Part shown: positions 32,949-42,309 of the stretch, one piece after another | Numbering within the stretch: position 1 is the stretch's first letter | Layout of the letters: each line of letters opens with the position of its first letter | Source of the DNA: a virus | Taxonomy: Duplodnaviria; Caudoviricetes | DNA: 64,000 bases | IMG/VR virus record: IMGVR_UViG_3300032233_002329 | Location: 2,427 to 66,426 of that record | Strand: one strand, 5' to 3' | Translations under genes and position numbers: made by a program | Notes under the pieces: model-generated | Database searches by the model: none | Told to the model about the DNA's origin: nothing | What the model saw: the letters and a program-made list of their open reading frames with translations, nothing else

Positions 32949-35749
32949 TGGAAAACCATCAACAAGACACCTCCAGAGCAGCCGCTTACCTCGCAGCTAA
33001 GCATCGCTTAGATCTACGGGGTCCCAAATCGACTCGCACGGGTAAGACGCGGGGAACAGTCCAGTGCAAGCCACCCAATAAAAAGTGTGGTGGACGGTGC
33101 ATTCCACCCAACTGGGACTGCCGGCTTGAGGGGAAAGGCACAAACTCTGAGCTTGCAGCCCACAAGACCGACCCACTGGCAGGTATTGCTTCCATCCAAC
33201 GCGGCTCGAAAGACTTGTTCCAGGGTGTAGTCCGGGTCAACCCAGCCCAGGTTCAGCGAGGACGTAATTCACTGATCCGCGGCACAGTCAAGCTGGCACC
33301 AGGCAATAATCTCGAGCAGAAAAAACAACTTAAAAAGCAACTAACTGAAGCCAGCACACCAATCATGGCGGTGTTGGGAGTAACCCTGGTTGGCCTGGCT
33401 GGGCACGCCGGTCTGAAAAAAGGCTTCGCTGCTTATCGCAACGGTGTCGGGGCTCAAATTGACCGGGCTGCCACGACTGCTGTCGATTCAATCCTGGATC
33501 GAATGCCGGGAGTTGCCGGAAACCGTGCCGCAACTCGTGCTGCTGGTGCCTCCGCTGCAAATGAAATTGCTGGCGTCGTCACCCGTGGGCAGCGCCTTGT
33601 TCAAACCCGCGTAGCTACGTCAGGCAACGTTGGGCGTATTGGTCCCCTCAGCTTCCGCCCAAATGCAGCCAACACAGAAGCCAGCGGGCTGCGTTCCAGC
33701 CTTGACCAACTCAACGCACGAGCCCGAGCAGGCCAGCTCAGCTACGACGAATACCGCTCCTCTGCTGTGCAGACTCTCTACGGCGCACGTAGTCCAGGTA
33801 CCCGACCTAATGGTCAGCGTGGAAGCATCTTCTCCGAGCACGCAGCTAACGAGTTTCTGACTTCAAAATTTGGTCTCAATGGTGCGGGTGCTGTCGGGTC
33901 AAGCGGTGGCTATTCGATGGCTGCTCGCAACGCTCTTGTGGATACACAGGTAGCCGAACGACTTGGAGCTTGGGGTCAAGCAATGCGAAATGACATGCAG
34001 ATCCGTCGGATGACGGGTCCTCAAGGAAATATCCGTACACGTGACATCAATGAATACATCCGAACTGTTGGTGCAAATGCACTGGGACAACCCCTTGCAG
34101 GGATGAATGCAGCACAAAGACGCCAAGCCACTAGCGAAGCCAACCGCCTGATGCGCTCTGTTTTGAGTGGGAACAACCTCAACTTGGAAGCCCGATCTAT
34201 GCGTCGCTCCTTGGTAAGTGAGTTCGACACCTACTTCGAAAACACGGCCCAAATGATGCGGCGAAACGCAGCTGCATCCGATTCGCCATTCGGAGACGGA
34301 CTAACAGGTTTAGCTCGCTATGTACGCCGTACCACCAATAACCCGGGACCAATCCTGAGCCGAGACCACGCCGATCTGATCGTTCGCAATGACTATCACA
34401 CCCGGGTTATGCAACTGCGCAATGACTACACCATCGGTGAAAACACAGCGCGCCGCATTGCCCAACAGATCACCCGTAGCCCAAATCTGCCCGATGTGGA
34501 CTCTGCCTTCCGTGTCCTCAACCAGAACGGTTTCCCCCGTCTAAGCCGACGTGGACCAACCACTGGTCGTGCCCCCGCACAGTTGCGCAACCTCACCCAA
34601 CTAACCCGTGACATCCTGGCCCGCCCAGGAAACCAGGGCATGTCTCGAGCAGCAGCGGAGCGCGAAGCACGTCGCATCATTGAACAACGTGGTCGCACCG
34701 ATGCGGCAGGAGCGGAACGCCTGGGAAAGCCCTGTGGGGAGTCAAACATCCCCAAATCACACAAATGCAGCAAAAACGTAGCCCCAGCTAACGGTCAAGT
34801 TCTAAAAACAGCTGCGACAGTTGCCCTAGCTACCGGTGCTGTAGCCGGGGCTGCCGTACTGCTGTCTTCCACGGGCAAAAAAGCCGATCTTAACTCTCGT
34901 TTCGATATCCATCACGGGCTGGACCCCAATGACCCCGAGTACGGCCGTAAGCACTACGAGAAGATCCGGGACACCGCTCGCAATTACAGCCCAAAGGAGA
35001 TGGCTGATCAAATCCGTAAAGCCGGAGCTAACAAACTCACCGAGCCTGAAGCCGTTGAACTTTGCGCATCCTGGGTGGAGAAGCACAAGATCGGCCTAGA
35101 TCCCAAAGCCCTAGAAAAAGTCAAGAATGATGTGCACCCGGATGACTGGGAAGAGCTAGTCACAAGACCTATTAACTCTGGCGGCTATTTTGATGGACAT
35201 GGCAAGGAAATTTGGATCAGACGGCGCGGTCACTTAGATCGTTGGGATGGACGCGCAGTAGACAGTGCAATCGATGGGATTCACTTCAATTTGGACAAGA
35301 TCAAAGAGTTTCAAGGTTTATCGAGCCAAGAGCGATTCGGCAAAGAGGGCGTTTATATGCCAGCCATGAGTGTCTTTGGGGCGGGGATGCGCAACAGAAG
35401 TGGTCAAGATCTTGTTTCATTTCTGCATGAGGTTGGCCATTCCGTCCATTACGCGGCAAATCGCTTCTCCACAAAACCTTTTACCAGCATGGCCTTTGGG
35501 AAACCGAGGCTTATCAACCCAAAAGCCAGCGACTTCCAGAAACAGATTAAGAAAGTACTTTCAAACTATGGGACACAAGATTTGAGCGGAGAAATGGCCG
35601 AAGCTTTTGCTGAATCAAGCGTGCTATATGTATTAGCAAACAAGCGCTTGCTCCAGGACGCACCATTGGTCCATGCCTGGGTGGAATACACGTACCACCA
35701 GGCCCACACCAAGGCTGATAAAAAGCCCCTCATGAGGAACCTCTTCTAA
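32948..35749 (+). CDS. modular 933-aa head-region protein with two Cys modules and a C-terminal zincin metallopeptidase
   Basis: CGx3Ix5C at 33086 and 34733, each with a downstream hydrophobic helix; HEVGH at 35426 plus distal EAFAE. Confidence 0.7.
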   Translation: MENHQQDTSRAAAYLAAKHRLDLRGPKSTRTGKTRGTVQCKPPNKKCGGRCIPPNWDCRLEGKGTNSELAAHKTDPLAGIASIQRGSKDLFQGVVRVNPAQVQRGRNSLIRGTVKLAPGNNLEQKKQLKKQLTEASTPIMAVLGVTLVGLAGHAGLKKGFAAYRNGVGAQIDRAATTAVDSILDRMPGVAGNRAATRAAGASAANEIAGVVTRGQRLVQTRVATSGNVGRIGPLSFRPNAANTEASGLRSSLDQLNARARAGQLSYDEYRSSAVQTLYGARSPGTRPNGQRGSIFSEHAANEFLTSKFGLNGAGAVGSSGGYSMAARNALVDTQVAERLGAWGQAMRNDMQIRRMTGPQGNIRTRDINEYIRTVGANALGQPLAGMNAAQRRQATSEANRLMRSVLSGNNLNLEARSMRRSLVSEFDTYFENTAQMMRRNAAASDSPFGDGLTGLARYVRRTTNNPGPILSRDHADLIVRNDYHTRVMQLRNDYTIGENTARRIAQQITRSPNLPDVDSAFRVLNQNGFPRLSRRGPTTGRAPAQLRNLTQLTRDILARPGNQGMSRAAAEREARRIIEQRGRTDAAGAERLGKPCGESNIPKSHKCSKNVAPANGQVLKTAATVALATGAVAGAAVLLSSTGKKADLNSRFDIHHGLDPNDPEYGRKHYEKIRDTARNYSPKEMADQIRKAGANKLTEPEAVELCASWVEKHKIGLDPKALEKVKNDVHPDDWEELVTRPINSGGYFDGHGKEIWIRRRGHLDRWDGRAVDSAIDGIHFNLDKIKEFQGLSSQERFGKEGVYMPAMSVFGAGMRNRSGQDLVSFLHEVGHSVHYAANRFSTKPFTSMAFGKPRLINPKASDFQKQIKKVLSNYGTQDLSGEMAEAFAESSVLYVLANKRLLQDAPLVHAWVEYTYHQAHTKADKKPLMRNLF

Positions 35750-35949
35750 TGGACGGCCCGACCTACAAGAAGTACTCGGATCAGGTGGCTGCCTATGCAG
35801 CAGAAGGTAACACCAAGGCCATTGGCGAGCTATGTGATCGCCTGCTAGCCGAGGGCGAAGACTTTGACCTGGTCAGCACGCTTGGCGTGTACATCGAAGC
35901 CTCTGTCCTGCGTAACTCCCGCCTACGTAAGGCGGACAAAAAGCCCTAA
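35749..35949 (+). CDS. small hypothetical protein
   Basis: TAATG-coupled to the peptidase gene. Confidence 0.55.
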   Translation: MDGPTYKKYSDQVAAYAAEGNTKAIGELCDRLLAEGEDFDLVSTLGVYIEASVLRNSRLRKADKKP

Positions 35950-35955
35950 AGGTCC

Positions 35956-36840
35956 ATGGACCTGATTGAGGAGTACAACCAGATCCTCCGCACAACCGAG
36001 GACGGAACCATACGGCTGCTTAACCGCGTCCTTGATCAGTCCTTCAACCGCATCGTGCGCCGCACGCGCATCCAAATGAAGGCTGGGTACAGCGATGCCC
36101 AGCAACGGAACCTGGCTCTGCTTCAAGAATTCCGGAACCTCGTCCCTGCCTACCGCCCAGACCGGGTCGATGCCTATGACCGACTACTTCGCACCTTGTT
36201 AGGAGACGCAAGCCGCTCGGGCCTCGATGTGGCCAGCCAACTGACCGAGCAAATGACCCCGGGCAAGCCCAGGATCGATGTATCCATCCCCCTGGATGCC
36301 ACGGTCTCCGCCGCTGCCCAAGCCAAGGGCTACCTACGCAAACACGGTGAGACCTTTGCCACCAAAGCAGCCGAGGTCGTAGCCAAGGGCATTGCCGAAG
36401 GTCGTGCCACCGACTCCATGGTCCAGGACATGCGCCTGCGCCTGGGTGTGGTCAAGTCCAGAGCCGACGTCATCGTCCGCACCGAAACCCTGCGGGCCTA
36501 CAACGACGCCTCGAACAACTACTACGCCAACCAGGGCATCGATCTGGTGATGTACTACGCCACTGCAGACGATCGCAGCTGCCCTTACTGCGCACCGAGG
36601 GCGGGCAAGATCTACAAACGCCAGGAGATCAAGGTTCCTCTTCACCCCCGGTGCCGGTGCTTCCTATCCCCCTGGGACCCCGACATTGCCCAGATGGACC
36701 CGGACTACGCAGCAAAACGGGCCAAACACAGCAAAGAAGTCGCTCAAGCAATTAGCAAAAATGGCACTATAGAGCCCGTCAACCTCAGTCGTGCCGCTGT
36801 GTTTGAGCAAGTTGCTCCGACTCCTATTGCTTTAACTTGA
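35956..36840 (+). CDS. minor head protein, MuF/SPP1 gp7 family
   Basis: IVRTETLRAYN, ADDRSCPYC, PLHPRCRC. Confidence 0.9.
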   Translation: MDLIEEYNQILRTTEDGTIRLLNRVLDQSFNRIVRRTRIQMKAGYSDAQQRNLALLQEFRNLVPAYRPDRVDAYDRLLRTLLGDASRSGLDVASQLTEQMTPGKPRIDVSIPLDATVSAAAQAKGYLRKHGETFATKAAEVVAKGIAEGRATDSMVQDMRLRLGVVKSRADVIVRTETLRAYNDASNNYYANQGIDLVMYYATADDRSCPYCAPRAGKIYKRQEIKVPLHPRCRCFLSPWDPDIAQMDPDYAAKRAKHSKEVAQAISKNGTIEPVNLSRAAVFEQVAPTPIALT

Positions 36841-36942
36841 ACCAAGAACGTTAATAAGTACTCCGGCCTGCTATTCAGGCTGCTATTAGTAACCCTCGCT
36901 AAGCTGGCCTATACCGAGTGGGCCAAAGGTGCCCTCTTCGCC

Positions 36943-37875
36943 ATGGCACGCCCCACCAAACAGCGCCCCCCTGTAAAGCAGGAAGCAGAAGAGATGGAAG
37001 CCCAGGAAATGGGTGAAACTCCCGAAGAGGAAGCCCGTGAAGGCACCGAGGACGGAGTCTCTATGAAGAACAGCAGGAAGCGCAGCCCCAAAGGTGCCAA
37101 AAACACCAAGGCCCCGATGGACGCTGACTGCGGCATCTGTAAATCCAACAAGCCCTGCTCCTGTAAAGCCAAGAAAGACGGTGGCTGTGGTAGCTACGGC
37201 AAGAAGATGGACCGTAATGATGCCCTGACCCCTCAGGAATATCTCGCTGCATGCGATCTGGGTATCCAAGACCGCAGCCGCCCCTACATCCGCGCTCGTT
37301 TGGACAGCGCAGCACGCCTCGACCTCAAATGTGGAAACGGCTCCATTTCCGAGGGCGAGACATGCACCAAAGGGACGGCACAGAAAGCTCGACCAGCCAA
37401 TAAAGGTGGTGGAGTACGCGGTGCTCTAGAAAACGCAGCGATTCTCAGTGGTACTGCAGGGACATTATTCAGCACTGGACAAGCAATCGGGAAAACGATG
37501 TCGGGGGACTTTAAGGGAGCGGGGCGTGCTCTTCAACGTCAAGGTGCATTTGCAGCCCTAAGTGCTACTGGCATGGCTTCCAAAGGCGCCCGCACCAACA
37601 GTAAATTTATTAAGCAGCAGGCCAAACGTTCATTAGGTTCTGGTGCTGTATCCGCAGTTGTTGGGTCCGCACTCACTGGTGACTTGAACAAAGCAAATCT
37701 GTCAGGAGCCAAAAGCGCTGCTTCACAGGTAGGAGCAAAACTTCGGAACCTTGCCGGGGGTGCATCCGCAGCAAAGAGCAACGTGACCTTCCGCACCAAG
37801 AAGTCTCAATTTGAACGGATGTACAAGAGCCCCGGTCGTCGCGATTCCGTCTGGGCCCAGGGCTTCGAACCATGA
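36943..37875 (+). CDS. modular head-region protein with an acidic/Cys N-terminus and one Cys module
   Basis: EAEEMEAQEMGE..., CGICK..CSC, RLDLKCGNGSISEGETCTK, Ala/Gly-rich helices. Confidence 0.65.
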   Translation: MARPTKQRPPVKQEAEEMEAQEMGETPEEEAREGTEDGVSMKNSRKRSPKGAKNTKAPMDADCGICKSNKPCSCKAKKDGGCGSYGKKMDRNDALTPQEYLAACDLGIQDRSRPYIRARLDSAARLDLKCGNGSISEGETCTKGTAQKARPANKGGGVRGALENAAILSGTAGTLFSTGQAIGKTMSGDFKGAGRALQRQGAFAALSATGMASKGARTNSKFIKQQAKRSLGSGAVSAVVGSALTGDLNKANLSGAKSAASQVGAKLRNLAGGASAAKSNVTFRTKKSQFERMYKSPGRRDSVWAQGFEP

Positions 37876-38717
37876 CCCTGACCCCGCGCTCTATCCGTAT
37901 AGACCGGGCAGGTAATCCCTGCTGGGGAGGGTATGAGCAGTTGGGAATGAAGCGCCAAGGCAAGCGATCCGTTCCCAATTGTGTGCCGGTCCAGCAAAAA
38001 GCACAGAAGGACTCCGAGACCGACGGCAAAAAGTACACCAAGGTCGTCACCAACCCCGAAACCGGCCGCAAAAACAAGGTCCGTTACGGCGCCAAGGGCT
38101 ACCGCATCGCACCTGGCACTGACAAGGGTGATCGCTACTGCGCCCGCTCCTTCGGGGACATGAAATCCGAGGGCTACAACTGCGCCGGCGCAGAACGCAA
38201 CACCCCGCTTTGCCTCTCCCGTGCGAAATGGAAGTGCTCAGGAGAATCCAGCCGCCGCGATGCCAAAGGCCGGGCCTGTGGTCAAGGCCACATCGCTGCG
38301 TCTAAGCACTGCCAAAAGAAAGGAGCGTTCCCCACTGGTAAAGCCATCGCTGCAGGACTAACAGCCGGTGCCGTTGGTGCCGCACTATTACACAACGGCA
38401 GCCGAAAAGCCATCCTCAACGCACCCGGTGCTCTGCAACGCACAGCCCAAAAAGGCATCACCGAGGCCGTTCATCACGCCACTGCCCCGGCACCATCCAT
38501 GCGTTTGACCGGTCAAGCCATGCGCCAGACCATCAAAGGCATCAAAAAACAATCCACCAAGCGTCAGATGAAGCTGACCATGGAAGCCGCCCGCCGTAAA
38601 CACGAGCCCGGTTACCGCAAACCTCGTTTCCCCGACCGCAAGGACAACTACATCCAGCACTACGCCCCGGTTAAGCTCCAACCTCCGAACAAGCGTGACT
38701 GGAATCCAAACAGTTAG
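37872..38717 (+). CDS. modular head-region protein made of three Cys mini-domains
   Basis: PCWGGYEQLGMK..VPNCVP; YCARS..KWKC; CGQGHIAASKHC plus a TM-like helix. Confidence 0.7.
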   Translation: MTLTPRSIRIDRAGNPCWGGYEQLGMKRQGKRSVPNCVPVQQKAQKDSETDGKKYTKVVTNPETGRKNKVRYGAKGYRIAPGTDKGDRYCARSFGDMKSEGYNCAGAERNTPLCLSRAKWKCSGESSRRDAKGRACGQGHIAASKHCQKKGAFPTGKAIAAGLTAGAVGAALLHNGSRKAILNAPGALQRTAQKGITEAVHHATAPAPSMRLTGQAMRQTIKGIKKQSTKRQMKLTMEAARRKHEPGYRKPRFPDRKDNYIQHYAPVKLQPPNKRDWNPNS

Positions 38718-38929
38718 ATCCCTTTGATCAAATCTTGCAGCGTCATGCCATAAAGGTCGCTCAAACTAAACAACTTTGTAAGCGAAACCTCAACTTCCCC
38801 TTTTTCCAACCTCGAATAGGCCGCCTGACTCACACAAAGTACCTCTGCAACCTCCATTTGTGTCAGTCCAGCATGCTCCCTTAGGCCCCGCATGCGACGA
38901 CACAACATCAATTGCCTGTGGATCGCCAA
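38714..38929 (-). CDS. XRE HTH regulator
   Basis: LREHAGLTQMEVAEVLCVSQAAYSRLEKG. Confidence 0.85.
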   Translation of the reverse strand: MAIHRQLMLCRRMRGLREHAGLTQMEVAEVLCVSQAAYSRLEKGEVEVSLTKLFSLSDLYGMTLQDLIKGI

Positions 38930-38991
38930 AGAGCTTTAACCGCTTTCCGTTTAAGGCTACTCATTACATTCTGGGGTCGTAAAGTGGTGCT

Positions 38992-40284
38992 ATGGAAACA
39001 TCTGTTTCTCGCTACGATTTCGCGCCTATCACAGGTAGCGAAACCACCGAGGAGGGTTACCTCCGCGTGTGGTGTCGTGCGGCGCGTACGGGCACCCAGC
39101 TCTATCGACGTGCAGATGGTTCACAAGTCCGGGAATACAGACCCCCTGAAGAGGTCAGTAATCCCGACGCTCTCTCCACGTTCGGTATGAAAGCCGCTAC
39201 GTGGGGACACCCACCCGTCCTTCTCGACGCGGCAAACACAAAGCAGTTCCAGATTGGCTATTCAGGTAGCCAAGTTCGGTATAACGACGGCTTTGTAGAA
39301 GTTGCACTCGTCGTCACTGACGCCGATGCCATCGAGAAGATCAAGCGCAAAGATGCCACCGAGGTGTCCGCCGGCTACAAAGTCGACTTCGACCCCACCC
39401 CCGGAATCACACCCGAGGGCGAGGAGTATGCCGGTGTCCAACGCAACATCCGGGTAAACCACATCGCCATCGTTCCTCGTGGCCGGGCCGGTCCCGAGGT
39501 ACGCCTTCTGCTCGATCGCATGGATGCAGCCGATGCTGTCTCCTGCCCCGAGTACGAGTTGGCACTCCAGCCCAGTCAACCTGCATCTCCCGTTATGGCC
39601 ACCGTCAAACTGGACGGCCTGGAGATCGATCTGCCCGCAGAAGCAGCTACGGCGGTCCAGTCCTTCGCCCGGGACATGGAGCGCCAACTCAAAGCTGTTT
39701 CCACCGAGCGCGACGAGCTTTCTTCCAAGCTCGACTCCCTCCAAGCAGATTTCGACTCCATCGCCTACGAGAAAGAATCCGCCGAAGGTCGTGCCGACGC
39801 TCTCGAAGAGCGGCTGGCCGAATTCGACAACGGTTCTGCTCGCATTGACACAGCCGAACTCGACCAACTGGTCGCTGCTCGTCTGTCCACCCTGCAAAAC
39901 CTGGCTCCCGCCTTTGCCGACGATTTCAAATTCGACGGAATTGACGACGCCACCCTCTACACCCAGGCTTTCGAAAACCTGACCGGCAACGCCCCCCGCG
40001 AGGACGCTGAGCCTTCTTACATCCAAGGTGTAGTCGACGGCATTCTTGCCGCTCGTGCTGACTCCGAGGACGACGAAGAAGGTGAAGATGACGCCCCCGA
40101 GGGTGAAGGCGAAGTTGCCGAAGAAGGCGAAGCCAAAGAGGACGCCGCTGACGCTCGTTCGGACAGCTCTGCTGCCCTGCGCAACGCGCTGAAAGGCGCC
40201 GGCAGTGCAAACGCCACCCCCGAGAGCGTTTATCGCTCGAAGATGGCGGATGCCTGGAAGCGTCCCCTGACCGCCACTAAGTAA
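38992..40284 (+). CDS. DUF2213 family putative prohead protease/scaffold
   Basis: TEEGYL, ARTGTQLY, EVSAGY, NHIAIVPRGRAGPEVRL; acidic coiled-coil C-terminal half. Confidence 0.88.
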   Translation: METSVSRYDFAPITGSETTEEGYLRVWCRAARTGTQLYRRADGSQVREYRPPEEVSNPDALSTFGMKAATWGHPPVLLDAANTKQFQIGYSGSQVRYNDGFVEVALVVTDADAIEKIKRKDATEVSAGYKVDFDPTPGITPEGEEYAGVQRNIRVNHIAIVPRGRAGPEVRLLLDRMDAADAVSCPEYELALQPSQPASPVMATVKLDGLEIDLPAEAATAVQSFARDMERQLKAVSTERDELSSKLDSLQADFDSIAYEKESAEGRADALEERLAEFDNGSARIDTAELDQLVAARLSTLQNLAPAFADDFKFDGIDDATLYTQAFENLTGNAPREDAEPSYIQGVVDGILAARADSEDDEEGEDDAPEGEGEVAEEGEAKEDAADARSDSSAALRNALKGAGSANATPESVYRSKMADAWKRPLTATK

Positions 40285-40296
40285 GGAGTACCTTCC

Positions 40297-40905
40297 ATGG
40301 CCGTAACTTTCACCCCTACCACTGTCACCAACCCCACTGGTGCTCAAGGCAGCTATCCCCTTCGCGAGGTAGCTGGTCACGAGGGCATGGTGGCTGATCT
40401 GCAGGCTTATGTCTGCCGCAGCTACCGCAACCAGTCCGGCGCCGCCATCCCTTTCGGGAGCCTGGTGATGACGGACAACTCGCCCACCACCAACGACGCA
40501 CTCGCCGTTGAGCTTGCTTCCGGCACCACCCTGATTCAGGGCCTTGCTGTTAGCTCACAAGTTGCTGAGGGCACGACCCTCGGTGCTGCTTACACCCCCG
40601 TTCCGACTCCTTATTACTCCGATGGCCGCCTGGGCTACGCGGACAAGGAGACCGTCAACGTCGTCTCCAAAGGCGTTGTGTGGGTGTACTCCGTCGATGC
40701 AATTGCAATCGGCGACGCTGTCCGCTTTTACAAAGCTGACTACTCCGGCACCACCACCGGCGCTTTCCTGGGTCGCTTCGGCAAAACTGCCGTCGCCACC
40801 AAGACCATCGCGGTCGCAGGAGCTCGCTGGGTGTCGGAAACCACTGCCGGAGGTCTGGTTCTCCTCGAACTCGACATTCCTGGTCAGACCTACACCGCTG
40901 ACTGA
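40297..40905 (+). CDS. head decoration/cement protein
   Basis: IPFGSLV...VVSKGVVWV; position between the protease and the capsid gene. Confidence 0.75.
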   Translation: MAVTFTPTTVTNPTGAQGSYPLREVAGHEGMVADLQAYVCRSYRNQSGAAIPFGSLVMTDNSPTTNDALAVELASGTTLIQGLAVSSQVAEGTTLGAAYTPVPTPYYSDGRLGYADKETVNVVSKGVVWVYSVDAIAIGDAVRFYKADYSGTTTGAFLGRFGKTAVATKTIAVAGARWVSETTAGGLVLLELDIPGQTYTAD

Positions 40906-40920
40906 CGGAGATTCCTCATC

Positions 40921-41838
40921 ATGACCAACGAAATCCGTAACGACGAAGTCGGCGTGTTTCTCGCCAGGGAACTCGAGACAATCCTGTCTCGCACCTTTGA
41001 AGTCGAGTACGCCGACATCAAGTACAGCACCCTGATCCCGATTTCTTCGGAAGTCAATCCCGGCGCTGACTCCTACACCTTCCGAGTCTTCGACAAGCAA
41101 GGCTCGATGAAAGTGATCGGGGACAAGGCATCTGACCTGCCCCGCGCTGACGTGCTCCGCAAGGAAGTGACCTACCCGGTCCGTTCCTTGGGTGCCTCCT
41201 TCGCCTACACCATCCAGGAAACCCGTGCCGCCGCCATGGTGCCCGGCATGAACCTGGAGCAACGCCGCGCTAACGCAGTGCGTCGTGCTTATGAGGAGAA
41301 GGTTCAGGAAATCGCTTTCTACGGCGATGCCGCCTCCGGCATGAAGGGCTTCTTCAACAACGATCAGGTCGACAAAACCGTGCCTGATAAGTGGTTTGAC
41401 ACCGCTGGTGTTACCACCGATGAAATGCTGGCACTTTTGAACGAGGCACCCACCCGCCTGGTTCAAAACTCCAACATGAAGGAGAGCCCCAACACGATGT
41501 TGGTGCCCTACAACGTGTACCGCATCATTTCCACCACCCCCCGTTCGACCACCTCGGACACCACGGTGATGGAATTCTTCCTGCGCACCAACCCGATGAT
41601 CAGCTCGATCGAGCCGATCAACGAGCTGGAAGCCAGCAAGTCCAGCGGCTCACTGTCGAAGGACCGGATCCTGGTTTATGACCGGAGCCCCGACAAGCTG
41701 CAACTCCACGTGCCCCAGCCCCTGGAGTTCCTGCCTCCCGTCCGTCAAGCCCTCGAATTCTCGGTGGCAGCCCACGCACGTGTTGGCGGTCTTGCGCTCT
41801 ATTACCCCAAGAGCGCCATGGTGCTCGAAAAGGCATAA
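40921..41838 (+). CDS. major capsid protein (DUF2184 family)
   Basis: FLARELE, IAFYGD...G, PNTMLVP, GGLALYYP. Confidence 0.9.
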   Translation: MTNEIRNDEVGVFLARELETILSRTFEVEYADIKYSTLIPISSEVNPGADSYTFRVFDKQGSMKVIGDKASDLPRADVLRKEVTYPVRSLGASFAYTIQETRAAAMVPGMNLEQRRANAVRRAYEEKVQEIAFYGDAASGMKGFFNNDQVDKTVPDKWFDTAGVTTDEMLALLNEAPTRLVQNSNMKESPNTMLVPYNVYRIISTTPRSTTSDTTVMEFFLRTNPMISSIEPINELEASKSSGSLSKDRILVYDRSPDKLQLHVPQPLEFLPPVRQALEFSVAAHARVGGLALYYPKSAMVLEKA

Positions 41839-41895
41839 ACCTTTAGCCTTTTCCAACCCATTCAGAATGGGTTGATTCCCTCTCTTCACCTGATC

Positions 41896-42309
41896 ATGAT
41901 CATCGTTTACCGCCCGGAACTGGAAAACCCTCCGATGGACAAGGAGTGCACCATCGGATTCTCGTTCGTCAACGGCGGCGGCCTGACCGATCACATTCAA
42001 GTCCTCGCTGGGGTCACCCGTGACTTCCCCGAGGACGTTTGGGATCAAATCAAGGACTACGACGTGGTCAAAAACCTGCTGTCCCTCGGCGCTATGCGCG
42101 TCGAAACCGAAGCAGCGACACTGATCAAGCCGGTTACAGGCGAAGCCAGCGATTCCATTGCTGACCAGCCCCTCACCCAGGCCCTAAGCCTTGTTGAGGA
42201 CAGCTTCGATCTGAACCAGCTCAGTCAGTGGGATGCGAAAGACTCCCGCATCCGGGTGAAGAACGCCATTGCCAAGCGGATTACCGCGATTACTGAAGGC
42301 AAGGGTTGA
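41896..42309 (+). CDS. head-associated hypothetical protein
   Basis: Follows the MCP; ATG at 41896. Confidence 0.6.
   Translation: MIIVYRPELENPPMDKECTIGFSFVNGGGLTDHIQVLAGVTRDFPEDVWDQIKDYDVVKNLLSLGAMRVETEAATLIKPVTGEASDSIADQPLTQALSLVEDSFDLNQLSQWDAKDSRIRVKNAIAKRITAITEGKG

Noticed and set aside
39262-41466. Long minus-strand ORFs 39262-40380 and 40555-41466 (likewise 1448-2140, 2640-3437, 31422-32048, 61741-62643)
   Set aside because: They mirror well-supported genes on the opposite strand and are the shadow ORFs expected from GC-rich codon bias; no recognisable motifs.
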